The position numbers were made by a program, and so were the translations under genes. From Blastocystis sp. Blastoise (taxonomy: Eukaryota > Protista > Bigyra: Opalinata), in NCBI GenBank assembly GCA_039096225.1, contig JBBPEB010000006.1, positions 434,001-498,000 of the forward strand: DNA of 64,000 bases. The letters run 5' to 3'. The notes under the pieces were generated by a model. The model had not been told where the DNA came from. It worked only from the letters and a program-made list of their open reading frames with translations, and did not search any database. This document shows positions 1 through 13,034 of the stretch, one piece after another; within the stretch, counting starts at the first letter, position 1; each line of letters starts with the position of its first letter.

Positions 1-1995
1 GCATTCAATAAACGAAGCTCTTGAGCATCTACATAATATAATATAATATAATATAATATAATATAATAAAAATAATATAATAATAAAATAATAAAAATAA
101 TAAAATAATAAAATAATAAAAATAATAAAAATAATAAAAATAATAACAATAATAAAAATAATAACAATAATAACAATAATAACAATAATAAAAATAATAA
201 AAACAAAATAGTAATATATATACCAGGTTGATCAGGAATAAAAGGATTTTCATAAATAAGTAATTTCTTATCAATATTATAATAAATAGGAAGAAGAGGA
301 GTATATAGATTCATATCCATCATTCTGAATAACTTGTCACTTTCAGTTTGAAGGTCGTTATGAATGACAACGGCTACATCATTCTCTATATACATAATAA
401 TAATAATAATAATAAAATGAATTCTATATCAATATATATATACCTTTATCAAGTTTATAAATATTATACATATCAAATAAAGTAGCACCACTAACAACAG
501 TATCTAATATCTATATAATAATAATATATAATAATAATAAACATAATAATAAACATAATAATAATATATAATAATAATAAAACATAGAATAGAACATACT
601 TCAGTAATAATACCACTGTCTTCTTTAGCTTCATATAATTTAATAAGAAGAGAGGGAGATTTTTGTAATTCATGCATATAACTAAGAGTCATAATTGTAG
701 GATGAAATATACTATATAGAATATATAACAATTATTGATTACGAATATAAATCTTTTAATAGAAATGAATGGATATCTACAATGAATTCAGATATAAAAT
801 AATATATATATATACATGAAAGCATAAGCAAGATTCGTAATAGGAAAAGAAGGAACATGTATATCACAATCATAACAGGAATAAGAACGAGGAAGAGGTT
901 TTACAAGTGAAACATCAGCACCAATGAAAGTAACACTATAACCGTCTTCTAATATCTATATAATAATAATAATATTAATAATAATAATAAAATTATAAAG
1001 CTATATTAATATACCAATAAGAATGATAATAATAAACAAAAAAAAAAAATAACAAACAACAAAATAATAATAATAATAATAAAAACTAAACTTTTACAAG
1101 AATCACCTATATATATATAAACATACAGCAGAAATCTTTTGAATAACAATAGAAGAGAGTGGGTCACCAATAGTACCTTGATCATCTTCAGACTTCTTCA
1201 ATAAAACCACGGGAATTCGATCAAGTTTTAAGCGATCAAATACTTCAGGAACAGTAACATATATAATAATATTCCATAATCCATTACGTAAAACTATATT
1301 GTCATAAAATGAATAAAATAATTCCATATTTTGATAAGGGAAGAAATATATAACAATTTGCTTAGAAATAGCTAATTGTGTTATAAAATCATTTTCTTCT
1401 AAACTTTTTTCTGTAATATATTGTGGAATACTAGCTTTTATACGAGAAACAACAGGATTATCTAACTATTCAATATTAAAAAAAAAAATAAATTAAAATT
1501 ATATATAAATAAACATACGACAGGAATAACTAATAAAGAAGATTTAGCAAGAACATCATTATTCTTTTTCTCTTTAATATCTACACAATTAATCATAATT
1601 AAAATATTATAAAATATTAAAAATACTTTGAAGATAACTTTCCTTATTTTCAAAATTATTATCTAAATAAAATAATTATTAGTTTTAAATTATCATTGTT
1701 TGTATTCGAAATAAAACTATAAAAGAAGAAACATACATTGATATAAACCTCTCTTAATAGTAGTCATCTTTAATTGATTCATACCACTCATCATACGAAT
1801 ACTAGCAGGAATGAAAACAAAAACCATGATAAAAGCAACAAATCCACCAATAAGCAAATAGGCGTTCTTCTTGAGTTTCAATCTTTTAAGACCTGATTCG
1901 TTTAACCAGATTTGAAATTGACGATTCAAATTTGAAGCAACTCTCTGAATGGATTCTATTATATCAGTAAAAGATGTTTGGCTTCTTTGATTCAT
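1..1995 (-). CDS. Type II membrane nucleotide-diphospho-sugar transferase (GT77/PF03407-like), multi-exon, 3' end runs off the window
   Basis: Exon 1 (ATG 1995) has one TM helix (AYLLIGGFVAFIMVFVFI). Spliced GT-AG exons give ILEDGYSVTFIGADVSLVKPLP, resembling the GT77 'LxxGYxVxFxDxDxxxxxxP' strand, then a FHPTxxT segment. Confidence 0.6.
31..202. repeat. Intronic simple repeats (ATAAT)n then (AATAATAAA/AATAACAAT)n
   Basis: Directly visible tandem 5-mer and 9-mer units. Confidence 0.9.
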
Positions 1996-2439
1996 TATTA
2001 TATAAAGGAAAAGAAAGAGTAAACAATTTATAAAGAAATAAATTTTAATTGATAGATTATATCTGTAAAGAAAATAATCATGAATATTTTCTATTTCTGA
2101 ATAGAATATCGAGAATTATCATTTTTTTCAATAGGATAGGCTTTTCTTAATACTCTATGATTTTTTTTTGATAATTAGTTATTAATAACAATGATGACAT
2201 GATAGACTTAACAATAGAAAATAAAGAAATCTTTTTAATTTTTTTATTTTGAGATAATTGTTGTAAATATGTGTAATTATGAATATGCTTGAATGTAAGA
2301 AATACTTTATGAGATTTAGATATAATAATATCATGAAATAAATAAAAAAATGTCAAAAACAATTGAGGAATGAACAAAAAAAAGAAATCATTCTATGTGT
2401 GAGTATATTAAGCAAGCTATGATTATTCACATTTTTTTA

Positions 2440-3584
2440 TTATACAAGGGATGTATCTAGTGAAGCTAATGATTGAGAAGATCGGGCACTTTCTAAAAAT
2501 GTACGCACTTCTGGTTTTTCTATATTATATATATGTATATAAAAATTTTATTAAAAAATATATATATTTATTTAAAATATATAAATATATTAAGAATATA
2601 TATATATATATATATACGAATGTTAGGAGTATCTTTAATTAAATTCTTATGAAGTGAACACATATAAATAGATATCATCTAGATATATAATATATATTGT
2701 AAAAAAAATATTATTAAAAATAATAATAACATATATAGATACAAAAAGGAAGGAAGGAAGAATTCCATAAACAAGTATATATAAGAAAACAGCTTCTTCA
2801 TATTTCCACGAATTAGGCATAGTTAGAATAAAGAATATAATAAAGAATATAAGTATTAATCCATGACCTATCTGACAGTATATAGTTAAGAAAGCATATA
2901 TATATATATAATGAATAAATAAAGGAAAAATAAAATATAAAAAATAATAAATATGGATTAATTATGTAAACAATTCAATATAATAAAATAAAGGATATAA
3001 TTGTGAATAATAAAATAGAATATGTCGATGTACAGAAAGCCATAAAGAAAAATGGAAGTGAATACATTAAATAGACAATACTTATATAATTAAATAATTG
3101 ATGAATTCCAGTGAAATAATTAATGGTGAATCCCAATGCAAACATGAAAATAATTCCAACAATAGATAAACATAAAACAGAACTACTCATAAATAAAATC
3201 TTTTCTATTTTCATATCTCTTGTTAAACTACTACAATAAATAAAATAAGAATTATCTGTATATTATTTATATTTTATCTATTTACTCTAATGATGAATCG
3301 TCGTTAAATAACGACGACAAACCAAGATTGATTTCTTCAGGACTATAAAAATAGTAATAATAATATAGTGGCAATGCGAAGGAATATATAAATGTACTTA
3401 AAAGAAGAATTCTCGTTTCGATACGACGTATTTCTTGCTGTAGAAGGTAAATTACCACTTGGAGCTATAAAATGTGTAATTAGATTGATAGATTATATGC
3501 TTTAGAGTAAGAATAAATGGTTCTAAATCATATACTGGTTGGAGTTGGACTTTTCTTGATAAGTTGGTCGTTAACAATTGACAT
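2440..3584 (-). CDS. Hypothetical multi-pass membrane protein (about 7 exons)
   Basis: Spliced MSIVNDQLIKKSPTPT...MKIEKILFMSSSVLCLSIVGIIFMFALGFT...GHGLILIFFIIFFILT...KPEVRTFLESARSSQSLASLDTSLV*; about four hydrophobic helices. Confidence 0.6.
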
Positions 3585-4215
3585 TATGGTTCTTTCTTTA
3601 TTAAAGAAGTTAATATGAAGATGAACTGTACAAGAAGAACTTCTCAAATTAAATTTATTAACAACTCAATGAGCAATTCTTATTTCTTAAGAAAATACTC
3701 TATATAATGATAATATCCAAAAAAAGAAGGATAAGAAAAGAAATAATCGCAATTCATCTCAAATAAGATTTTTTGACGAATGATGTTACAATTAATGTGA
3801 TTGTATCCAATGAATAAATAGGATTCTCCAATGAACCAATAGAATCATCTATTTTGTGTAGAAAAAATTATTTAATAATGAATTGTTTTAAATTATTATT
3901 CTATTGTTTTTTACACTTTTCAAAGAATGAAAAATAATAATAAATGTATGAAAAAGACTTCTATGGATTTGTAAACCTTTGTTCAAAGAATTGACAAAAA
4001 ATGATCAATGTTGTTTCTTTATGAGAAAAGTGATAATCAATAATATTATATGTTAAGAATGAAAGAAGTAATAAAGGAAATAATATTAATTTGCCAAAAA
4101 TACAGCGAGAATAACAATAAAAAAGAAGAAAAGTTTCATAAGAACAAAAGATAGGGTAATTCTTATTTTAGACTATTATATATATATATATATTGGTAGA
4201 GTTGATTCGATTCAT

Positions 4216-4312
4216 TTACTTTAACTCGAAATCTGCAATATTAAACATAAAATTCAAATTGAAATTCATACTTTTTAACGGAGTATACTAAAATAAATAA
4301 TAATCATTTATA

Positions 4313-4392
<80 letters not shown>

Positions 4393-5299
4393 TCTATGTG
4401 CTTGTAATGTTTGTAAATCCTTCTTTTCATTAGAAATAGCTTTCTCAGTTAAATTGACTATAGAATTAAATTATATATATATGTATATATACTTGGAGGT
4501 TCTATAAGTAATAGGAATAGTAGAATAGAATAATTATAATTTGTTTTAAATAGACACATAACAAAATAGATATTAATATAAAAAGATTATAAAATGTTAT
4601 ATATATATATACTAGATTTAGAAGGAGAAGCAGGTATATTCTTTTTTGGTGTTTTATGGATAATTGGAGGTAACATCTCAATACTTATTGGCTATATATA
4701 TATAGAAATAAGTATAAGAAAAAGATATAGGGAAATAAAGAATAATAATAGTAAACGTATATATAAAAAATGAATATAATAATATATATATTTATATAAT
4801 AATAAATGAATATAATAAAAATTATAAAAAAATGTATATAATAAAAATTATAAAAATGTATATAATAAAAAGTTATAAGTATAATAATAATAATAATATA
4901 CTTGATCTTCATCGGAGTCATCATCAGAAATACATATTGGTATATCATCAGAATCATTCGAATTATTATGTATATTCGATTTACTAGAAGATGGTCTTCT
5001 TACTGTATCTTTCTTTCCTTTAGTATTATCACTTTTATTTAATTTATTATTTTGAGTAGAAACTGTAGAAACTGAAATACTATTCTTTTTTGAAGTTTGA
5101 GATTGAAGTGAAGTTGATTCTGTTGTTTCAATACTTGTTTTTATTATATCCATTTGCTTAGTATTATTATTAACATTATTATTAATAATAGTATTAACAC
5201 TTACATCAATATCTTCATTGTTATTATTAGCTGTATTATTATTAGCTGTATTATTATCATTTGAGATATTATTATTAACATTATTATTATTATTATTAA

Positions 5300-5332
<33 letters not shown>

Positions 5333-6110
5333 CTATAGGAGATGATATAGTTTCATTTGAATCTTCATTTAGTTGATCCACGTATTTCGATATTGTTTCC
5401 TGATTAAGTGATAAATAATTCTGAATTTGTTTATTCATATCTCTCATATTTATTTTACATAGAGGAAGATTTACATAGATAACTTGCATTATTTTATGTT
5501 TTTCTTTTTGATTTTCTTCAATTTCATATAAATCACGATTAGGAGCATTCTTATTATATCTACATATTCATAATTTATATATATTTATTAATAATATATA
5601 ATAATATAATAATATAATAATATAATAATATAATAATATAATAATATAATAATATAATAATATAATAATATAATAATAATAAACAGTAATATACTCCATA
5701 ATCCTTTCATATCGTTTATCTCCTAAGAAAACAATACAACTCATAGTAAATAAGAATTCATTTGTTAATGTGAACTCTACAAACTCATTATGGGTCTCTT
5801 TAAACTGTTGACTCTATATATATATAATAATAATAATAATATATAGACTTATTATATAAATAACAATAAAATTATAAATGATAAATTAATAATAAAATAA
5901 TAATAACAAAAATTTTATATAGTAAAAATACTTGTTCATGTAATAATTGTATTAATTTTTGTATTTTCATATCAATTTGACGAATTTGCTCTTTTTTCTG
6001 AAGTCGTCTTAATACTAACTGAATTGTTTTTTTCCCATAAGGTAAAGTAGCTTCAAGACTAAGTATATATGCAGAAGAACGCATAGAACTCTCTTTTAAT
6101 ACTGCATTAT

Positions 6111-6142
<32 letters not shown>

Positions 6143-6197
6143 TACTCTTTATAGAACTAAACAAATATATATGTTTATAAATAGCATAAGAATCATA

Positions 6198-6233
<36 letters not shown>

Positions 6234-6484
6234 TAATTGTAATGGTTCTTCAAGATCTTTATTCCAATTTGAAAAAGATGCACCATTCTTTTGTAACTCT
6301 TCCTTTTTATTCTTTAAAGTTAATTATAGAGTACAAATATATTAAATAATAATATATAAATATATATAAATATAATTAAAATAGATAATAAATAAAATAT
6401 TCATATATATATTATTTATATACCTTTAAAGAATCAAAAAGATTTTGAATGGTTGGAGACGGTCTCCATGAATTCACTGTCTAC

Positions 6485-6526
<42 letters not shown>

Positions 6527-7303
6527 TAATTAATATGATAATAATAAACTATAGTAATAATATCCATATAAAATAGTATATAAAAATTAATATATACTTT
6601 TAATTCATTTTCAGTTAAAGAATTGACCTGACCACGTGCTATAATATAATTGAAATAATAAGATTGAATATTAATATATACCTCGTTTCTCTTTATTATC
6701 TTTCTTTGTTTCTAAAATAATTAATAAATTAAGTATTTATATGTGTAAATATATTAATCAATAGAATATATATATATAGAATACCATCATTTGTTTCATT
6801 TTCTTTATTTGAAGAAATAGTTTTATTTGTAGCAAAATGAAGATCCTTTTTAACTTTTGATTTATTTATATCTTTGATGATGCGACGTGCGTCATTCTCT
6901 ATTATAGATTCTTTATTATTCTTCGTCATATTGATCGAATGAGTAGTAGAAGATTTCAATTTATCTTTATTATCTTTATTATTATCATTCATCTTTTTAG
7001 AATTACTCAAAGGTACTTTTTCGGAATAATTCATGATACAAAATGATTTATAATCAATTGGCTCCTATTATATAATATTATATTAAATATTATAAAACAT
7101 AATATAATTATAATGTTTAAAAATACTAAATATATTTATTCTATATATACAAATAAATCATTTTGGTTTAATGTATTGACGACGAGGTCTGTGTCATCGA
7201 TAAGATCGTCATTTGTATCGTACCAATCATCTTCATCACGTATTGGAATATCTATAGGAATATAATTTATAAAAAAAATATTAAATAGTGAATAATATCT
7301 ACA

Positions 7304-7343
<40 letters not shown>

Positions 7344-8005
7344 CTTATTTAGAAAACCAATAAATAATAAATAATATCTACAATAAATCAACAAATAGCA
7401 GCTAATATTTATATATACTTCCTGCCATGCCACCTTCTAATTTACGAATGACATCATTTAATCGACTAATAGCATATGATTTTTTTGGTTTATATGACGA
7501 AGGAATATCATCCTATAAATACATATATTCATTAAAAAAAAAATTCTTAATCAACAAATAAAATACAAAAGAAAAAATACATTTTCATTCGGATTATTCT
7601 GTAGACTTGTTTCATTATCTTCAGCTGCTTCATCATTCTCATCACTTTCTGAAACAAGATTACCTCCTTCCTAGATAATTATAATTACTTAGTTTTATAC
7701 ATAAAAAATGGAAAAAATACGTCATTCTGTTCTTCTTCAGGTATTCCTTCATAATCCCAAAAATCAAATATAGGATCTGACTTATTTAAGTCAACTTGAT
7801 ATCTTGTAATAGTAAATTCATCATCTGCTTCACTTTCTTCTATGATTTCTTCATCTTTATCATCAAATAAATCATCAATATCAACTTCATCATCATTCAA
7901 AGTACTAGCAACAGACTCAATTACATTTTGATTTTGAATATTAAATTTTTCTTGAACATCTGTTGGTGGAATTGCACTATCCACAGAAAAATTAAATGAA
8001 TTCAT
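4216..8005 (-). CDS. Ubinuclein/HPC2-like HIRA-complex subunit (HUN/HRD domain), multi-exon
   Basis: Exons at 7.4-7.5 kb (SRLNDVIRKLEGG) and 7.15-7.25 kb (DEDDWYDTNDDLIDDTD) match the HUN signature 'xIxKLE...YDxxDxFIDD'. Acidic N-terminus and Asn/Ser-rich C-terminus; ends YTPLKNFELK*. Confidence 0.7.
4320..4391. repeat. (AT)n microsatellite in intron
   Basis: Perfect AT dinucleotide run. Confidence 0.95.
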
Positions 8006-8140
8006 ATCTCCAATATACCCTATACAATAATCAATAATCAACATAATTGTTTAATATACTTTGATGGATATACAACAAGATCAAAAGAATAATTTTTTTT
8101 TGTTTTTAAAATTTGCTTTTAGTTGAATCACCAAAAGAAA

Positions 8141-8981
8141 ATGCAAAAATATATATTTACTCAGCCATTACGTCTTAATACGAGCAATATGAATAAAGTA
8201 TATTATGAGTTTACATAAGTCATGCTGTGTAGTTTGCTGAATTTGAGAGAATGTTCAACTCTTTTGATATTGAATTAGATCATACAAGAGTAATACTATA
8301 TATATAGTAGTCTATTATTTGATTTTTAGGTAGACATTGATGAGATTGTAGCAGATCCTTACTCTGTTGTTGCACATAAAGCGACACAAGCTGGAGATAA
8401 TATATTAATTGAAGATACAAGTTTAGATATTGAAGATGCAGATGTTGGTATCAATATAAAGTGGGTATTAAGTCATATTACAGATTTTGTTGGTCGTAAA
8501 GCTTTATGGACTGTTTTATTAGGATTTAAAGTATGCTATATCTCTTTAATTTATATGATTCAATGTATAGTATATATGTATATTCTATAATTAACTTGAA
8601 TAATATTTATATAGAATAATAATAAGGTATATATTTATGAAGGAAAGATAGAAGGCCTTCTTGTAGAACCAAGAGTTCAAAGTAATTTTGGGTATTTATA
8701 GAATAATAATATATATTATATATTATTATATAAATATAGTTTTGATCCTGTTTTTCAACCAAAGGGAACAAATAAAACACTTGCTGAAGTATAAATTACT
8801 TTGCTATTATTCTATATTATCAATTATTCATTTTTCTATGGTTTTACATTATAAAATATTATAGGAAAAACCTGATTCTGTAAGTGCTAGATATAAGGCT
8901 ATAGAGAATCTTATTCAAAATAATCCTATTAAAGTTATGGACCCCATATATACTTGGGAAGGAAAATATCAAAATGAATAA
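8141..8981 (+). CDS. Ham1-family non-canonical purine NTP pyrophosphatase (ITPase-like), 6 exons; missed by the ORF track
   Basis: Spliced: MQKYIFTQPLRLNTSNMNK|FAEFERMF..|VDIDEI..HKATQAGDNILIEDTSLDI..VGINIKW..|..YEGKIEGLLVEPRVQSNFG|FDPVFQPKGTNKTLAE|EKPDSVSARYKA..; Ham1 motifs TxNxxK, EDTSL, FGFDP, TLAE. Confidence 0.9.
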
Positions 8982-9300
8982 TTTATGATTTCATTTTTAT
9001 CAATCTAGAGAAAATCGTTTGCTTAGTAAGATTAAAATAAGTTATATAATATATACACTACTCATTTTAAACAACTTTTAGCATTCTATTTTCATAATTC
9101 TTGATAGAATGATCAACACTGTGAATTTCTTTCTATTTAATAACTTATCTATTAATAAATACCTGTGGATATTTCCAAACATAATATAAAAGCATACAAT
9201 AGCAATTAATCCCAAAGAAAACTATAAAAAACAAAATAGTGTTTCTTTTCGATATTTGTTCGCACCAGTTTTTAATTAAGCCAATAAAAAACAGGTATTT

Positions 9301-9343
9301 GATGGATGACGCATTAGCGCATCATCTATCCAACAACGTTGTT
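9301..9343 (+). promoter_or_regulatory. GC-richer hairpin plus 12-bp palindrome upstream of the QRT3-like gene
   Basis: GATGGATGA-CGC-ATTA-GCG-CA-TCATCTATC (9301-9330) folds into a stem-loop; AACAACGTTGTT (9332-9343) is a perfect palindrome. Confidence 0.4.
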
Positions 9344-9415
9344 CTTTTGTTTTTGTTTCATTATCATATTTATTTTGTTTTCGTAATAGTTTACGTTGTT
9401 AAATTGAAATAAAAG

Positions 9416-10789
9416 ATGAATAAGTTTTTTGTCTTTGTGCTTATTGTTGCTCTATGTGTTAGTGCTCATCATCATGGATTTAGAGAACCACGTAAAGGTT
9501 TTTCGTATGAAGAAAACTTTAAACGTTTCGCTGCGCCTTATTCTACTGAAAGAAGAGGAAATTCTCCTGCTATTTATGTAGTTGATTTTGGTGCTGATCC
9601 AACAGGTATGAAAGATTCATCTGATGCTTTCCAAGCTGCTATTGATGAAGCTATGAAACGTGGTTATGGTACTATGGCTGATGAGATTCATGATTGTGGT
9701 GGTGTTTCTATTGATTTAGAAGGTGGTGTTTATCTTTTTGATAAACCTGTTTATTTCCCTCAATTCCATGGTAATTGGAAGATGACTAGAGGTACTGTTC
9801 GTGCTTCTGATAAGTTCCCTGCTGATAAACATATCATTATTGTTGGTGAGAATAAATGTGGAAATCCTCAAGGTTCTTGTAATGAGCATATAGATTTTTC
9901 TTTTATGACTTTTGATTCTAATTTACATGCTGCTGGTGGTCTTCAAATTTTTAGAACTATGGGTGGTAATGTTGGTCCAAATATATTATTTATTGGTTAT
10001 CTTACTTCTGGTTTAGATCTTGAAGGTGGTCATGAAGTTATGGTACATCAAGGATGGTTTGGTGAATATTGGTATGAAGGTGGACATCAAAATATTACTT
10101 CAGAAAATGGTATTGGTGTATTAGTGAATGGTAATGATCACTTTTTAAATGATGTTATTTTCTTCTGGTCAGGTACTGGTGTTGTTATTAATGGTGGTGC
10201 TACTTTAATGAGAGGTGTACATTCTTGGAGTCATAATACTGCTTTTATTATTAATGCTGAAGCTACTCGTCTTGAGAATTGTTATATAGATTATAATAAA
10301 ATGATTGTGAATAATTTTGAACATAATGTTATAGTAGATACATTTTTCTTATATGGTAGTGTAATTCTTCAACCTGTTGGTAAAAATAAAAATATTAATG
10401 GTTTTATTATGTCTAGATCTCAATTTGATGGTAAAGGAATTGATACAGTTATTGTTGATCTTTCTAAAGGTTCTTTTGGTACTATAAGAGATTGTTATAT
10501 TACTGAAACAATTGCTTCTCATACTGGTTATAATGTTCGTCAAACTCAATTAAAGAAATCGATTCATTTAGAAAATACGAGTCATTTTGAATATGATTTT
10601 AGTAAACATCTAGTTTTTGGTCATATTCGTGATGTTGTTTATTCAGTTATGATTGAAAGTGGTGAATTAACTACTCATGCTTTAAGACCTATTGAAAATG
10701 GAACGAAAGTTATTGTTGAAATGGGTCAACCTATTACTGGTACTGTTACTTTTGTTGTTGATGAAAGTGAATATACTCATCAATATTAA
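9416..10789 (+). CDS. Secreted pectin-lyase-fold (Pectate_lyase_3 / QRT3 polygalacturonase-like) protein, intronless
   Basis: 457-aa ORF with signal peptide; VVDFGADPTGMKDSSDAFQAAI and GGVSIDLEGGVYLFDKPV match the QRT3/GH55-type beta-helix N-terminal motif. Confidence 0.85.
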   Translation: MNKFFVFVLIVALCVSAHHHGFREPRKGFSYEENFKRFAAPYSTERRGNSPAIYVVDFGADPTGMKDSSDAFQAAIDEAMKRGYGTMADEIHDCGGVSIDLEGGVYLFDKPVYFPQFHGNWKMTRGTVRASDKFPADKHIIIVGENKCGNPQGSCNEHIDFSFMTFDSNLHAAGGLQIFRTMGGNVGPNILFIGYLTSGLDLEGGHEVMVHQGWFGEYWYEGGHQNITSENGIGVLVNGNDHFLNDVIFFWSGTGVVINGGATLMRGVHSWSHNTAFIINAEATRLENCYIDYNKMIVNNFEHNVIVDTFFLYGSVILQPVGKNKNINGFIMSRSQFDGKGIDTVIVDLSKGSFGTIRDCYITETIASHTGYNVRQTQLKKSIHLENTSHFEYDFSKHLVFGHIRDVVYSVMIESGELTTHALRPIENGTKVIVEMGQPITGTVTFVVDESEYTHQY

Positions 10790-10960
10790 TTATTGTTTAT
10801 TAATCATAATAGACTTTATGCTTTTGTTTTGTTTAAAAAAAATATTACATATTTTTTTATTATTAATTATTCTATAAATAATATAGTTGTTTCTATTTCA
10901 TATCCAAGATACTTTTTAAAGAAAACAAATCATAAATTTTTTTATACAACATTTTTATTG

Positions 10961-12779
10961 TTAATAATTGAATGAATCAAAAATATCTGTTAGATCTTGT
11001 TTTACCGAAGAATCCATAATATATTGAATACAGTTTCTTTCTAATGTATATATATAATCTTTAGAAATATGAAATGAATTCATAAACAAGTAGATTTCCT
11101 TTGAAATATTTGTTTGAAATACAGACGCATCATCAGTATTAATTGAGAAAGGAATAGTATTTTTCAGAAGGAAAGGAAGAAGAGGATGAGAAGATAAAGA
11201 AGGAAGTGATAAAGTCATTATATTTGAAGAAGGACATACCTCAATATGCACAGGATATTCAGAAAGAAGTGATTCAATATTAGATGGCTATATATATATG
11301 TAAATGTAGATAATAATGTAGTTTTTTAAAAAATAATGAAAATGATATAATTATAAAAAATAATAAACAAAAGTTATTAAAATGACTTGAATGTGATTAT
11401 ATATATATAGTATATATACATACATAAAAGAGTGAATGTCCAATTCTTAAAGGACTTGATTGAATTGTATGTATATATTCTTCTTCTCTATTTGGTATTT
11501 CTCCAACGTGTAATGATATACAAGGATGCCAAGACATTTCTTTAATAAAACTATATATATATAGTTTTATAAAGATATATATATAGTTTTATAATGATAT
11601 ATATATAGTTTTATAAAGATATATATATAGTTTTATTAAAGATACACATATATAGTTTTATTAAAGATATATTCATACTTAAACACAGTCTCAAACTCTT
11701 GATATTGTTTTGCCTATAGAATAAAGTAATAAGAGATTTAAGAATATAATATAGTAATAGTAAAAAAAGTTATAAGATTTATTATCTTTATATGAATTAT
11801 GAGAATAACAAGATTTTCAAAATAAAAAAATATATAATAATAATAATAAAGAAGAAAACTCACAATAATATACATACATAAGGATTTCCAGATAATTCAA
11901 ATCCTACAATGTATTTCGATAAATAATTAGAAGAATCAGTTTTCATTTTATCTATCATATATACAGTATTCCATGCATTCTCACTATATATTATTATTAT
12001 TAGCATTTCATTAAATATAATTATTATTATCATTTCATTAAATATAATTATTAATAGCATTCTCATTAAATATAATTATTATTATCATTTCATTAAATAT
12101 AATTATTAATAGCATTCTCATTAAATATAGTTGCAAAAACTTATAGCATATAATTATATCTATATAATCAATCAATAATATAAATATACATGGGTTCACT
12201 TCTATTAATACTAATAATAAGTCGAACAAACATTTTATTCTTATATTTTTCTTCTTCTTCTTCAATAGATTCTAATATCGCTTTTATATATTGAGCCTCA
12301 TCAATCTTTGTAGTCTTTCGAGGTGTAGATCGTAATTCCAAATAAACTGTATTTTCTGCATAAAAATCATCAATCACCTATGTTATATATTTGATTTAAA
12401 ATTCATTGATAAAAACATATTTATAAGAGAATAATAATGATTATAACATAGCTTACTTCTTTTGTTATTCTCTTTACGGTATCATACTCTTGAATAATGT
12501 CATGAATTACATCGAACAAAGCAAAACATCTATAATATAACATTAGGTGCCTCGTATAATATAATAAAAATACTCTTTCAAGTTTCGTTTACTGTTAATG
12601 AGTGATTTGGCTTTTTCATATAATGAGTAATCTTGATAATTCCTTTTGCAAAGTTCCTCCATCGTTGATTCACGGATAGACCCATGAAGATGAGCGTGAA
12701 ATTCCTAAACTTATTACAAATCTTGTTATTAAAACCATACTATTTTAGGAATTCTTTGACAGAAAGTCTTAGCATCCAT
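10961..12779 (-). CDS. ADAL: Adenosine deaminase-like protein (ADAL/MAPDA, N6-mAMP deaminase family), multi-exon
   Basis: PKI|EFHAHLHGSIR, DDFYAENTVYLELRSTPR, VGFELSGNP, SLHVGE, RIGH, IEVCPSSN, INTDDASVF. The YLELRSTPR and LSGNP motifs are typical of the ADAL subfamily. Confidence 0.9.
11985..12130. repeat. Intronic ~28-bp tandem minisatellite (..GCATTCTCATTAAATATAATTATT..)
   Basis: About five imperfect copies are visible; another (ATATATAGTTTTATAAAGAT)-type array lies at 11551-11670. Confidence 0.85.
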
Positions 12780-13034
12780 TGTTTATGAAACCAGATATAT
12801 AGAAAAATAATAAAAAAAGGAAAACACAAGATAATTTTTTTTTCGTAGAAAAGTTCTTCTGTTTTTTTTTATTTTATTTTTCAGTTCACTATTTAACAAA
12901 TAATTTATTAAAAAATATGTTTTGAATGAAAAATCGTATAACAAAACAAGCAGAATAATTGATGAAACGAAAATATAAATATACAAAAATATATAATAAT
13001 AAAAATAAATTAAATAAGATAAATGAAGAATAAT

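Noticed and set aside
10780-10805. TGTTTATT just after a stop codon, like the Blastocystis TGTTTGTT motif linked to poly(A)-created stop codons
   Set aside because: The match is imperfect, and every complete standard gene here already has a genomic stop, so the phenomenon cannot be shown in this window.
11985-12130. Regularly spaced ~28-bp repeats resembling a CRISPR array (also 28530-28745 and 60260-60900)
   Set aside because: No unique spacers, no cas genes, and located inside eukaryotic introns: these are minisatellites.
8141-12779. ITPase and ADAL as a nucleotide-sanitation gene cluster
   Set aside because: They are on opposite strands, separated by an unrelated enzyme; there is no evidence beyond proximity in a compact genome.
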